This document shows positions 12,377 to 26,911 of a DNA stretch of 64,000 nt, piece after piece; position 1 is the first letter of the stretch; each line of letters opens with the position of its first letter. The notes under the pieces were generated by a model. The model had not been told where the DNA came from. It worked only from the letters and a program-made list of their open reading frames with translations, and ran no database searches. A program made the position numbers and the translations under genes. Source of the DNA: Adineta vaga (taxonomy: Eukaryota; Animalia; Rotifera); NCBI GenBank assembly GCA_021613535.1, contig CP075492.1, positions 16,678,001 through 16,742,000 on the forward strand. The letters run 5' to 3'.

Positions 12377-13779
12377 TCAAACATATAAACGTCCACTATT
12401 TATAATTGGTGGCATATTAGAAATATCAATAACTTTGGTATATCGTCCCATAAATAATGTTGTTTGTTTGTATCGAATAGCATACAGAAATGGTTTGTTA
12501 CAAAGAAATTCAACAGTCTTTTGTGGGGCTCCACTAGTCATCGCTATGATTCGGACAACAGATGTAGCCGCTATAAATAGAACATTTTAAATCATAAAAA
12601 CAAAGAAAAAGATGATACTTGCCTGCTCGTACACCTTTTTCATCAACAATGACATAAGTTCTAAAAGAAACTTTATATATAGAAATCACATTTAGTGAAA
12701 TAAATAAACATACTTGTGAATTAAATTAGATAAATATATCTTTTTTTGCATGGATAGTCCTTTCAAATTGGCCTTGTTTTCATCAAACACATCCGTGACT
12801 TTCATTTTCTTCTTTAATATATCTTCAATATTATTAGCAGATTCAAATTTCCATTTCGGTATCCAAAGGAATACTGTCTGATTTGTAGTAGTTGGTGAAT
12901 TCAGTAATGTTGAAGTGAGTTTTGATTCAACTTCAGATAATGTAACATTTTTATTTGGTAGAATAATAGTAAAAGTGAAATCGTTGTTTTCAAATGGTAA
13001 ATGAACCATGCGAGCACCGATCTTTGATGTTAAATCAACATAAGAAAAGTGACCTTGTTGCATCATCAAAGTAAGAATCTTGTCTTGTTGTGGACCTTTG
13101 TCAGGAAAAAATGTATTACCACCAATAGTGTTTTGTGCTTCAAATTCCTGTTTCCATTTTGCTAGAAGAGATCATAGGAGAAGAAATATAATCAAAAATC
13201 AAACTATATACCATCAAAGACAAGACAATTGATTATTAGAAGTGCATTGAGAACAGCTGGGCTATTTGTTGCTAGATCATTTTCATTTAATGTTTGTTTG
13301 ATATTACCATTCGTTTGATTAGATACCCATGCATTGATTTCATCAAGTACAGGAGTAATATTTTTAGCATTAAGATCTACCGATGCTAATGTAATATTAT
13401 ATAGTTTTTGTAATCGTCGTTTAAAAGGTGATAAAATCGAAAATTTCCTATCTGGATAAAGTCGATTAGCCAATTTAATTTGAGGTAAACGAGTAATATC
13501 CATTAATTGTTTAATTGATGAATCTAATTTGTCACGAGATGAAGTTTGTAGAAGATTGAGAAGTTCTTTTTCTGTTTTACCCCGTGCACCTCCGGCAACC
13601 ATTGAAAGAGCAAGACTGATCGAATATGGTGAAAAAAAAGCATTTTCATCGGGTTTTATATTGACTAAACTCTTATAGAGATTTAAATGAAAATCTTCGA
13701 TACTTTTCTTTGAAACAGCTGATGGTTTTCCTTCAACATTGTACAGAAGAAAAATAAACACAAATACCAGATGAAACAT
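12377..13779 (-). CDS. Secreted serpin (4 exons)
   Basis: Signal peptide; NAFFSPYSISLAL, INAWVSNQTNGNI, IPKWKFE; hinge/RCL DEKGVRAAATSVVRIIAMTS; FLCNKPFLYAI...LFMGR. Stop at 12377-12379. The last intron (12622..12571) is GC-AG. Confidence 0.92.
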
Positions 13780-13992
13780 CTCTATAGAAGTGTTTTCGAG
13801 AATATCTAATGTAAAGAAAAACTAAAACCATCTTTTGTATCGTATTATGTGTCATCAAGTTGAAGATAATGTATCTTATATCGTTCTACTGGGTCATAAC
13901 ATTACTGGTAATGTCCTGTCATCAACAACATGTCAACAATGAAAGAAGCGAATAATTTTGATAATATTTCTTTGTAGTTATCAATCTTGAAT

Positions 13993-14482
13993 CCACTCCA
14001 GTTTAGAAGACCCCTCTTACGAAAATCTTTTAAAAAGATGCTGAAATATTTAGATTTTCTAATTTTAGTGAAAACTTCGTTTTTTCCGTTCTGTTTGTAT
14101 TAAATTCAATTTTCTGTGACTATTTTTTTCTTTCACCATATTTCAGACAGATATTTCTATAGCACAAAATGAAGGAGAAATCAATTGAAATCAACGTGTG
14201 TCTCCTCTTGATGGTTATGATAAAGATAATCGTATTGATATTGTTGCTGAAAAAGCAGTCTTGAAAACCATATGTGTAAAAATAAAGAGTAAGCTTTTGT
14301 ATGTTATATATTTTTATTTATTCGGCTATTGCTTTTTAAAATTCAACTAATCAAATAGTGAACGGTGGAAATATTTTCCGTTATTTGTTGTCATTAGCAA
14401 AAGACAGTTTACAAGACTGCCCTTAGCTAGTTGACATGCAAAGACATATTATAAGACCGGAGTCTTCTAAACTGGAAGGGCG
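13993..14482. mobile_element. Candidate non-autonomous DNA transposon (MITE-like), about 490 bp
   Basis: Perfect 15-bp inverted repeat TCCAGTTTAGAAGAC (13997-14011) / GTCTTCTAAACTGGA (14462-14476), extending imperfectly to about 27 bp. Interior is non-coding; no clear target-site duplication. Confidence 0.55.
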
Positions 14483-14649
14483 GAAGAGATTTATTCGATT
14501 GGTGGTGCTAGTAAAATCAATTTAATAAATTCAACAAATCCAATCGAATAAATGAATTTCTGTGAACAATATTTTTTGATATATTTATTGATTCAAATGA
14601 AACTCTCTACTGTTCAATTTCAACTTGTCATCAATTGATTTGCAAATCA

Positions 14650-14990
14650 TTAGTTAATCGCTGGTGGAATAGGTTCTCAAGGTTCAACATCAACGACACG
14701 TTCAAATCCTGATGAAATTTTTTATTGATCATTCAAATGAAGATTTACATATTGCTGATTGTGGAAATAATCGAATCCAATTATTTAAATCAGAAACATT
14801 ATTGATCATACCGTTATTGGAACTCAACCATTGAATAGTACAATTAACTTAAATTATCCAACTAATGTTATTTTAGATTTCGATAAATTTCTATTTGTTA
14901 TTGATTCAATGAATCATCAAATTATTCGTCGAACTCAAAATGGATTTTCCTGCTTAACTGGATCAATTAGAAATCGATTAGTAAAATTCT
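14650..14990 (+). pseudogene. NHL-repeat gene remnant
   Basis: Fragments LIAGGIGSQGST, LHIADCGNNRIQLF and LNYPTNVILDFDKFLFVIDSMNHQI lie in shifting frames. Confidence 0.7.
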
Positions 14991-15967
14991 ACTTCATACA
15001 AGAGATAGTGAAAAATGATTTCCTTTTACTCTTTCTTCTTTTTAGAATGGATTAACACTGGAAATATGAATGTCGCGTGACATCATCATACAACATCAAT
15101 CTAATCAAATGAAATACTCGTCGAGAACTACAGAGATGTAAATGAGAGTTTTGGTGTATATCACCGACACATACATCCTGAAAAACATTCTTATCTTTTG
15201 AAATTTTTCTGTTTACATACACTATTCAATATGAAATCAATCTTTTTTTGTTACGGTTTTACTTTAAGGCATGGACACGCAATGATTCATTACTATGACA
15301 ATCTTTCTGAATTTGTTTTTCCACAGGAAGATGGTCATTCTCCACATATACTTATCATTTTCAACTGAAACTAAATTTTGTCAAGATAAAGAACGTGTCA
15401 CGTTCTAATTCTCGCTATTTTATACTTAAAGTATGCTTACTTTGCAAAAAAATATGCAGTGTGAATTTTTATGAATAAAAAGCAAACAAAATAAAATATT
15501 AACCCAATAAGTATCTTACTCAAATTTTCATATAACAGAAAAGAAGTTTTTTATGTTTAATTCCGAAAATACGCATAATCTACATACTTAGATTCAATTT
15601 TAGATAAATTAATCAATTCGATAGCGAGATTCTATAGCAACTGGCACACTTATTTCAAATATGATGGTATTTTTTGCAAATTGTATACATGACAAGGTCT
15701 GTATTAGTACAGAACATGATTTCTACGAGAAAGAGCTGGGCGAGGCTCCTGACGAGCGTTATTTGTTTCAGATAAACATTTTTTGGAATACGGTTTCATA
15801 TTTTATAGATGTCTATATCAATTAGTCGTGTCAAATCGTTTTTGATTACCAAAAATTAATTGCATTCTATATTTTTCACTCATTCTAACATCCGTGTCTT
15901 GGTCAGGAAGTGATTTTAGGCATTATCATTACCAAAGCAACAAGTACGATATGATTTTTTTTCTTTT

Positions 15968-18900
15968 TTAGTTTTTAGAAAGCTTTCGTTTGCGTATATT
16001 TAGAGATTTTCCGAGGACTATTCTGATATTTTTCCGGCAAAGAGATGAGGGTAGAAGATAAAAAAGAAATGCACCTGCCATCAGTGGTAAACATGAAATA
16101 AGATAACTAATAATATATAAATGAACTTACCATGCTGTTTGAATACAAACAAGAGAAAATGCAACAATAAGTCGTGGTGTTTGAAATACACCGAAAATAA
16201 TAGGACTGACAATAAAAGCAATATGATGATTAAATTCTCCACGTAAAATCATATAATAACTCGTCGTTTCATTAGCTTGTCGGTTAGACATACGATACTT
16301 ACGTTGAGTTGTAGCAAACAAAAAATATAATACTGTTAATAAATTAATAGCTAGGGGTAACATAAAATGAATGATATTCTTTACGATATCATAGGTTTTA
16401 ACAATAGGTTGATTTATCTCCAATATACACCACCAACTTGGTTCATTCGTACGAAAATCATTAATTACTTTACGATAGAATACTTTATGAAATGTAGTTC
16501 CAAATGTCATTGTAATAACAATTGGTAATGTTATATATTTTGCAATAAATTTACTTCTAGATCGAATAAATTTTGCGCCTTGTATAATGATAAAAGTTCG
16601 TTCGATTGCAATACAAGCAGTTAAGAAATCAAAAAGAGCAGAGAGAAATATTATTGTACTTTCTGTAATTATACATGACCAATATGTACATTCATAACTA
16701 ATTGAAGATAAATATAAGAAAATAAACTTTACAACAAATTCAATTAATCCAAATTGACCAACAACAGTTAAACAAAGAATAGAAAATTCAGATCCAATTT
16801 TGTCTTGACATGTTGAATGGCAAAGTATAATAAATGAAAACAAATTAAAAATTAAACCAATAAAAAAAATATAAAATAATGATGAATTTCCTACAGCTCC
16901 ATGTCTTCCTACAAGTGCATCAAGCGAAATAGAATAAGATGCTGTTGTTGTAAATTGACAAATATCACCCAATGTACAAGAAGGACAAAAACATGCAAAT
17001 TTTATTGGCTCATTTTCTAATGATGGTTCAACACAATGACCTCCATTTTGACAATTTCCTTTCCCAATACAATTACTCGCTTGATGATCAAACCATAAAC
17101 ATTCAAAACGGTTTAAATTATCGCATAGACACACATATTGTTCATCAACAAAACATTTTTGATCATTAATTAAACATATTCTGAAATATTGTTTATATCG
17201 TTTCCAACGAGAATATTTATTTATGATTGTACTATTAAGTAAAGTCTTTACATGTGGACATCGAATAATATTTTTCATATCAATAACCAATTTATTAACA
17301 CGTGGTTTAAGTAGAGCAATTAGATAAAATTCACCTTCTACATTAGTTTTATCGACATATAATTGTACAAGAATAAATGAAGGAAGAGATGATCTTTCAT
17401 GTAGATAAATAGTCGGTAATATCGATGGTACGTGAACATTACTATAAACTGTTCGAACTTTCAAATCAGTAACATTTATATCATTATATAAATCGAGTAG
17501 ATGTAGTGCTATAACTGGAATTCTTTTCTCATTATATTCGGTATTAGAAAATTTTATCATAATACTAGCATCTTTTAATTGACAAGTAGAACCATGAAAA
17601 CCTTTAGGACAAAGACACAGTGAAGAACTATACTCAACAAGTAATGTACCACCATTTGCACATTTTGTTTGAAGTAAATCTAGCTCAATATAACATTTAT
17701 AACCAAATGAAAAAAGTGGACAAATGCAAATGTTTTTAAATAATACTTGCGCTCCTAACGCACACGAAGTGATATTTTCAATGAATTGATGATCACAATA
17801 TTTTCCGTACCATCCCGTATTACATAAACAATAGAATTTTGTAAAATTATTTTGATAATTAATACATTTTCCATTAGAACATAATGAGCAGGTATTATTA
17901 TTTTTCACTTGATTGAGTTGTAGATGTGCTCTAATACGATTGACAGGTAATATATGTTGAAATGGTATTTCATAACGCCACGATGATAAATGTGATACTG
18001 TTTTTGAAAAGAGAAGAAATACATCAATATTTACATAGAAGTGATTGGAATTCAATTCATTTGGATATCGAAGAGTAACAAGATACCTCCAAAATGATTT
18101 ATGATTTGAAAATAAATGAGTCATTTGTGAGATACTGTATACTTCATTATTAGATTCTGATATTAAACTAGCCACAAGACGAAGAGCTGGCGATAAATGA
18201 TTATCGAATCCACTTGTATTCACTGAAATTATTAACAGAATGCGACGATTTTGATTTTGACATCTTTCACCACTATAACCAGGCGAACAAAGACATCGAT
18301 CTGTACCATCTTTAGCATTTAATAATAATCCACGATTACAATGAAATATGATACGATCAATCATAGTATTGTTTAATGAATTTTTGTAGACCTACATTTA
18401 TCAATGAAATTGTATTCTCAGCATATTCTTCTTGCTCAAACAAGTTCAATGGTGCTGGATGGTTGAGATTTTCAAATGTAAATAATTTATATGTATTATA
18501 AGGGTCTATTATTCTACATCTCCAATTGTTTGGAATACAATGTTCGCATCCAGTTTTTACTGAACAGGATTCAGCACGATTTTTACAACTATTCTTCCAC
18601 TCTTGACAATTATCTTCGTCAGTTTCACTGTTAACTTCAGGATTTTTGAAACGTGTGATACCATTGCAAAGTTCTTGAAATATAAAATAATCATTGAGAT
18701 TCTCGGATACTTCATTTCGTATGTATTTACAACCCAAGGTTTTATTTGTGCTACATGTAAATGGATAAAGTTCATCGTCGCCAACCAAACAATCCTTTCG
18801 AGAATCAATTAATCGTGTACGAAGTATACACCTACGTAACAATGTACTACATTGGAAATAGATAGTAGAGTTTGATAAACATGTTATTTCTGAATTTTTA

Positions 18901-19793
18901 GTATCACCAGACTTAAAATCTTTTTCTTCATGATTTAACCAAGAATACGAGATGAATTCTGTAGAAGAATGACTTTTATATAGTTTTTCTGCATTTTTAA
19001 ACATGTTTTTATTGAAGCGATAACTGTAGAATTATCCAATTAGAATAAAGTAAGCAGTTACTTTTATGAATACACCAGATGTGCTCCAAGGATATATCAA
19101 AGAATCAGTCCAGTATTTGCTATAATTATTACACTTATAATCATTAATTATTGATTGATCGTGACAGATGAATTGTGGACAACTATCATTTTCGAAACAA
19201 ATGAACGTTGGTAATATCATATTGTTAAATTGAGAATCTTTTACTGTCGTATCATACATAAAATAAGTGGAAAAATAACTTGTTAAAAATTTTGATGGAA
19301 AAAAATAATATTTTGGGCATACTGTTTGTCGTAATTTAAACCAATCTGAATCATAATATTGACATATATTTTCACAGTTTATTGAAGATGAATAATAGAA
19401 TTTACCCAATACTGAAGCCATTGAGCATATCATTGCTTGCCAACATAATGTGTCGGTTGAATTAATTTCATGAGTATTAGCAAACAATTTTGTTGAAAAC
19501 GCTTCTCGCAAGCCAGAGTTACAATAAAATGGTGAAGTAAAACAAGTTCCATCGTCACATGAAAATGTTTTCGATCCACAGTTTCTTTCCTCACGTTCAA
19601 TAAGAAGACTCTTATAGTATCCCTCGGTCCTAGATACGCTTAGCTCTTGTTCATCACTTCCATCAGCGCAATCATAAAATCCATCAAATCGAAAATTTTC
19701 ACCTATACACATACCATTATTACAGCGATATTCATTATCTTCACATATATTTATATCAAGATTCATACAATTAGCTTCGTCTTCTCCATTCTT
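15968..19793 (-). pseudogene. LDLa + EGF repeats + rhodopsin-like 7TM receptor, disabled and 5'-truncated
   Basis: LDLa motifs (CNNGMCI...DCADGSDE), EGF motifs (CLCSPGYSGERC, CLCNTGWYGKYC) and a 7TM region with IAIERT. Lesions: in-frame TAA at 19032-19034, frameshift near 18360, premature TAA at 16127-16129 before TM7 (read-through gives VHLYIISYLISCLPLMAGAFLFYLLPSS, next stop 15968). The sequence begins mid-LDLa (KNGEDEANC) near 19793. Confidence 0.8.
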
Positions 19794-21136
19794 ACTTCAA
19801 CGAGGAAATAGTAGATTTCGTCGTTTCTTCCTTGGTCTATATTCTCGAAATTTCTCTTAAAGTAATTTCGTTTCAGTCTAATACATAATACGAACGAACA
19901 ATAATTCAATTCAATTCATCAATATTTTTTCGTAAATAATACTTGATCATTGAAAGATGATAATTTTGCCGAAGAGGAAAAAATAATTTTTGTTTTTCCT
20001 TTAATTTAAGAAAGTTCTTTTCTCTATTGGTCACACGTCTCAGAGATTATACCGTACCATTTACTGTTTTTTCTTTTGTAGAATAGAAGAGTCTATTAAA
20101 GACATGAAGAAACCCTTTTCTTCTTGCAATATGAGAAGTGAAGTTATCAAGAAGTACATTATCTGTACTTGTTTTTATTTGAAGTTGAAATATTCAATTA
20201 ACTAACTTTGCCTCGAAATGACATTGAGGTTATTAAAAACCACTATCGCTGTCAGTCAATGAAATTATCTCCATATTTCAATTTAAATATGATTTTGCTT
20301 TGATAATAGATACTATATATTGGGCAAGTAAGTTGATCTTGATTTCATGTTTTTACTCATGATTTTGATAAAAATTATATATTTATTTTGAAATAAAAGT
20401 CTTAATTTATCAATATTTCGAGTTTTACATAAATAGTCTGCAGTATTTCATTTTATCAAAAATATTGATTTACAAAAACTTTCTCCGATATGTTCAAAAT
20501 CATCGGCTATTGGTCATCATCTATGCAGATTTAGGACGAATAAACAACAATGAAACCGAAATAGAAAGTGAAGGTACGAATTGCTATTAGAATATGTATA
20601 ATAAATGGCGATCGATCCAATGACTGATCATCACCGTTGTATTTCTATTGAATTAACATTGAATATATAACATACGTGTATTCCTAAGATAACATTAATA
20701 TATGCTAAAAAAAGTATCATATATTTTGCAGTTTAATAAATAATTCATTAAATGTGTTTTACATTGTTAATATAAATTAAAAGCAAATGTCAAATATTGA
20801 TCAATAATATTTTGTTTTTCGTTTATCATATTCAATACCTATCTTTTGTTTTTCATCGTTTCTCTATACATGTAGTATGAATGTTTATGTTGTTCGTATG
20901 ATGGTGTTTTTTTTCCTCCCATTCTTTGATATTCGGTAATATTTTTCAAAATAGTTTGCATCACGATGATGAAATATTCATATAAAAAGGACAGTGTTGT
21001 GATAAAAATAATATAAATCACATATAGGTATGTTTTAGTATGATTGAGAAAAAGCAGTTGTACAAAAATAGAAAAAAACGTTTTTAGCTCTAAAATGTTT
21101 ATTTTATTCGTATTTTCTTTCTAATCAATAGCTTTC

Positions 21137-24100
21137 ATGGAGATTCAGATATTAACTGAACAATCATTGGATGATCAATATCGTTTGAATGAAGTTAATA
21201 TTAATAGCGAATCACTCGAGACGAACCATCATGAAAATGATGAATATATATTGGAGAAGCAAATAGGAACAGAGTTTGTATTTGTTTGTTAATAACATTA
21301 ATCTAATGAATATTTATTTTCAATAGAAAAAGTCTTTGCCTACCGATAAGACCAATGACTGAACGTATAATAGGAGTTGGTATATTCGTCGGTATTTCAT
21401 TACTCATCGGAATATTAGTCGTTTGTTTTACTACACCAAAACTAAGTATGTTCTTCATTCATTTTTTTTATTGTGATTTCAAATAATATTTTGTATTTAT
21501 TTTTAGATAATGCGTGTCAATGGATATTTCGGTCAACAATAAAAAGTTCAGTTGTTCGTAGTTCTCAACCACGTTCAGTTGCCCTTGGAGATTTAAATGA
21601 TGATCAACAGATCGATATGGTTGTAGTTAATTCTGGTACAAATACAATTGGTATTTTTATTTTAGATATTAATGGTACAATTATTAATCAACAAACATAT
21701 TCAACCGGTCCAGGATCTCGTCCATGTTCTCTTGTTGTTAATGATTTCGATAAAGATGGTTACAATGATATTGCTGTAGCAAATAATGGAACAAATAGTA
21801 TTGGTCTATTCTTTAATAATGGAGATGGAACATTTCGTAATCAACAAATTCATTCGACTGGTTCTTTTCATCCATCGTTTCTTTCTATTGGTGATTTTAA
21901 TCATGATAATTATTCAGATATTGCTGTTGTTTATTATGGTACTGATAATATTGGTATTCATTTAACAAATCTTGATGGATCTTTGCAAAGTGGAATTATT
22001 TATAGTACTGGCTATGATTCATTTCCATATTCGTTAGCCATTGGAGATCTGAATAAAGATGAGAAATTAGATATTGCTGTTGCTAATTATGGTACAAATA
22101 ATATTGGAATTTTTCTAGGATATGGTGATGGAACATTTGCAAGTCAAATAATTTATACAACTACACAAAATTCTCATCCAACATCTGTTACTATTGGGGA
22201 TGTAAATCAAGATAATCAATTAGATATACTTGCTTCGCATTATAGTCTCGGTAGTATTGGTATATTTCTTAATCAAGGTAACGGTAGTTTCGCAAAACAA
22301 ATCATTCATCCAATTGACTCTCAATCTCGTCTACAATTTATTACTGTTGGATATCTCAATATGGATAAATATCTTGATATTGTTATTGTTGATTCAGAAA
22401 ATGATTGTATACATGTTTTACCTGGTGTAGGTAACGCAAATTTTGATACATTAACAACTTATGATTCGATCGTTGGATCACATCCATCATTTGTTGCAAT
22501 CATTGATTTTGATAAAGATAATCAATCGGATCTTATTGTTGCTAATTATGGAACGAATACTATAGGTATATTATGTAATTATTCAAGTAAACCATCTGTT
22601 CGACAAACAACGTATTTTGTTGGACGTGATTCTCGTCCATCATCAGTTGTTATTTATGATTTCAATAAAGATGGTCAATTAGATGCACTTGTTGATAATT
22701 TTAATAATGATTATGTAGTTATTTACAATGGTACTGATAATGGAAAATTTATTCGAGGAGATTCGTATTCAACTGGAGATAAATCTAGTCCACAATATAT
22801 GTGTCTTGGTGATTTAAATAATGACAATCGAATAGATATGATTGTAGTTAATTTAGGAAGTGATTCTATTGGTACTTTTTTTGGTAATGAAGATGGTACA
22901 TTTGGATCGATGAAACCTTATTCGACTGGTATTAGGTCACAACCATGGTTTACTGCTCTTGGTGACTTCAATAATGATACGTATTTAGATATTGTATCTG
23001 TGAATGGTGCCTCTGGTGGAATAAGTATATTTTTAAATGATGGAAAAGGAAATTTCAATGACATGAAAACATATTCATCTGGTGTCGGATCTGAACCTTC
23101 AGCGATCGCTATTGGAGATCTTAATAATGATTATTATCTTGATCTTGTCATCAGTGGTTCACAACCTGGTCCAGTTGGAGTCTTTTTAGGTTATGGTAAT
23201 GGTAGTTTTGGTGTAATGATGCCATATTTAGCCGATTATTTAGGATTTTCTTTTATGATTGTTCTTACTGATTTAAATCGTGACAATCATCTAGATATTA
23301 TTATTGCTTGTCCAGTATCTAACATTATATTTCTTTACTTTGGAATCGGCAATGGCACTTTTGAACCACCTGTAGCATTATTTACTGGAAGTAATACATA
23401 TCCATACTATGTATATGCTGCTGATTTGAATAATGATCAATATCTTGATATTGCTACGACATGTGCTACATCAAATGAAGTAGTCATTTTTTATGGAGAT
23501 AATACGGGAAATTTTACTTTGGCAAGAAGATATTCAACAGGTGATGGTTCATCTCCATATGCTATTACTACTGCAGATCTTAATAATGACAAACATTTAG
23601 AATATGTAGTAACTTACTGGGGTAGTGGATATTTAGTAGTATTAACTGAATATTATGCTGCAGATTTTACTAAACAATATTCTTACAAAACTGGATCTGC
23701 TCCACATCCATATTCATTAGCAACTAGTGATTTTAATAATGATAATCAATCGGATGTTGTTATTGCAAATTCCGATACTGATAGTATCAATATATTCTTT
23801 GGTTTAAATAATGGATTGTTTAGAACTCCAATGATATATTCAATTGGGACTGATAGTTCTCCACAATATGTTCTTACTGGTGATATTAATAAAGATAATT
23901 ATTTAGATATAATTACTTTAAATTCAAAAGAAAATACAATGAGTTTAATTTTGAATAATGGTAATCAAAGTTTTGCTCAACAAAAGAAATATTCAACTGG
24001 ATCGAATTCATTTCCATCGAGTATAGTTATGGCTGATTTAAATAATGATAATCGAAATGATTTTATTATTACAAATCAACAAGATGATAGTATTGGTATT

Positions 24101-25804
24101 TTTATTGGATTTGATTATACATCATTTCAAAAACAACGAACATATTCGTATGAAAATACTCAAGGACCAAGTGGTGTCAGAGCTCACGATTTCAATAATG
24201 ATAAATACCTTGATATTCTTGTAATTTATGAATTAAGTAATCAATTAGCTATTTTTCTTGGTCATGGTGATGGAAATTTTACCTTTTCAACAATTTATTC
24301 AACAGAACCTAATATTACGCCTTTTGAACTCACTCTCGATGATTTTAACAAAGATAATTATGTAGATATTGCCGTCGTTTACCCTTCTAGCAGTGCCATA
24401 GGTATTTTTTTTGGATATGGCAATGGAAGTTTTTCCAATCAAGTAACATTTTCGACTGGAATTGATACTAATCCACGTGGCTTGGCTACTGGAGATTTAA
24501 ACAATGATAATCAAATAGATATTGTTTCAGTCAATACTAATACTGCTACTATAGGTATTTTCATCGGAGATGGCATGGGAAATTTCACTTTGTTAGACAT
24601 ATATTCGACTGGAAATTCATCACAACCACAGGCAGCAGCTGTTGGTGATTTAAATAAAGATGGTAATATGGATATTGTTGTATGTAATTATCTTACTAGT
24701 ATCGTAAATGTTTTTTTTGGATATGGCAATGGAAGTTTTCAAGCAAAAGGATTCTATTCTGTAGGTTACCAGTCGTGGCCAACCTCGATAAATCTTGCTG
24801 ATTTCAATAATGATAGTCAACTAGATGTTGCTGTTACCAATTTTAATGGTAATAATGTTGGTATTCTTCTTGGATTAAAAGATGGTACTTTTGGTAATGT
24901 TAGTACGTATTCAACAGGTGATGGTACTGGACCTTCTTTTCAAACTGTCGATGATTTCAATAATGACAAAATCTTAGATATTGCAGTTGCCAACTCTTTA
25001 CTGAGTACAACAGTCATATTATTTGGATTTGGAGATGGAACTTTCTTATTAGGTACTGCTTATTCTACTGATGAAAATTATCTACCATACTCAATAGATT
25101 CGGGTGATTTCAACCAGGATGGTCAATTAGATGTTATTGTGGCCAATTACGATGCAAACCAGGTCGGTATTTTTCTTGCATATGGCTATGAATCTTATGC
25201 TGGTATGAAAAAATATCCACTCATTGATGAATCACAACCGTATTCAGTTGCTCTTAGTGATTTTAATCATGATGGTTGGTTGGATATTGTTGTAGCCAAT
25301 TATGGTACTGATAGCATTGGTATTTTATTTGGAGTTAGTAATGCAATGTTTAGTCCAATGGTAACATATTCGACAGGAATTAATTCTCGTCCACATTCTC
25401 TTGCTATTGCTGATTTTAATCACGACAATCATTCGGATATTGTTGTTACTAATTCTGAAACGAATAATATTGCCATATTTTATAGTGATAGTAATGGAAC
25501 ACTTACTCTTCAAACATTGTATTCAACAGGTACTGGTTCTCGACCTTCTACAGTGAGTATCGGTGATCTTAATAATGACAACAATTTAGATATTATTATT
25601 GCTAATTCTGGCACTAGTAATATATTTGTATTGTATGGTTATACAAATGGAACATTTGGAAACGAAACTTCATATCCATTAGGTTATGAAAGTGTTCCAT
25701 ACTCAGTTGCTTTAACTGATCTAAATCAAGATGGACGAATGGATATGGTTATAGCATGTTATGGTACAGACAATATAGATACATTAGTTAAAATATGTAA
25801 TTAA
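21137..25804 (+). CDS. Type II membrane protein with 28 FG-GAP/VCBS-like repeats (3 exons)
   Basis: ATG at 21137; exon 2 encodes TM IIGVGIFVGISLLIGILVVCF; the 4.3-kb last exon carries repeated GD(L/F)NxDxxxDI motifs. Confidence 0.9.
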
Positions 25805-25816
25805 TTCTTCATTAAT

Positions 25817-25877
25817 TTGGGTTGTGGATGCTAATGGGATTGCTTCGTACTGTATCTTTACTCACACTCACACCCTA
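25817..25877. repeat. Telomere-like palindromic element, copy 6 (degenerate)
   Basis: TTGGGTTGTGGATG ... CTCACACTCACACCCTA, immediately after the FG-GAP stop and between convergent genes. Confidence 0.6.
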
Positions 25878-26007
25878 CAACATTTTTGCCCATATTTATT
25901 AATAATTTATTAGCTTGAATAAAATATGTGGAAAATTAAAATTGTAAGAAAAAAATCTCAAAAGTGAGTTAAATATTCGTCATCTTTAGAAATCATAGAT
26001 AATTGTT

Positions 26008-26573
26008 TTAATCCTTGGCATCTAAGTTCAAAATAATTCTCTCCATGATATTTCTGTGTTTGAACGACCATATGCCTTCAAATTGACTCTCTTTTGAATT
26101 CCATAAGAGTTGAATGACTACTGAATGGCCTAAATTTTCTAGTGGATTGCCTGTACCTTGTTGGTAAGTTTTTATTAGACCTATTCGTTGTGTTTCAGTT
26201 GAATAAATTCCAGATACCGTATATGTACCAACATTATCATGTCCTTTTCCTTCAACTTTCAATTTTAGAGAATCGAATGAAAGTAACAAGTAATCTTGTT
26301 TATGCCATTCGTGATATTGATGATATCGGCTGACCCAAGTGCCTAACTGGAAGATATATGCATTTTCCGTTTTATCTATATTACGTCTAGGAGCAACATT
26401 AACAAAGATCCAATTAGTACGTATATTTTTGCCTGTAAAAATGTATTTCAGATGTTTAACAAAGAAGAAGCAACAACAGCATAATATAGGTAGACCAAAG
26501 ATACTACCGACTACGCTTCCAATCATAATTGCATCCCGTTTGCATTGTTCCGGTGTGCAATTATATCTGACAC
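26008..26573 (-). CDS. Single-TM protein with Cys cluster and C-terminal beta-rich domain; possible frameshift near the 3' end
   Basis: Acceptor at 26574; TM IGSVVGSIFGLPILCCCCFFFV; GKGHDNVGTYTVSGIY...KTYQQGTG. An alternative frame after EGIW reads VQTQKYHGENYFELR. Confidence 0.6.
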
Positions 26574-26870
26574 CTGTATTAATATCGAATAATAATAAAA
26601 TATTTTATTACGGCAAATGAATCTGTTGTCGAACGTTACATTTAACAAAAACTAGCATTAAAATGTATTTTCAAAAATCTAGATTTCTTGTGCTATTATG
26701 AAACTTAAGATTTTTCTATTTTCATACAATATAAAGATCGCTATCAAGCGAGAATAATTTCATTGCTTTTTTTATAAAATAAATCAATTTTTAAGCTAGT
26801 CGAAAGATTCACTGCTCCCTTCTGTAAAATAAAGAACAGTTTTATATTCGCACTATTCTAGTTTTTCATC

Positions 26871-26911
26871 TTGAGGGTGGGCGTGGCCGATCATCTACAC
26901 CCACACCCTCA
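26871..26911. repeat. Telomere-like palindromic element, copy 7
   Basis: TTGAGGGTGGGCGTGG ... CTACACCCACACCCTCA; about 100 bp past the stop at 27008. Confidence 0.85.
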
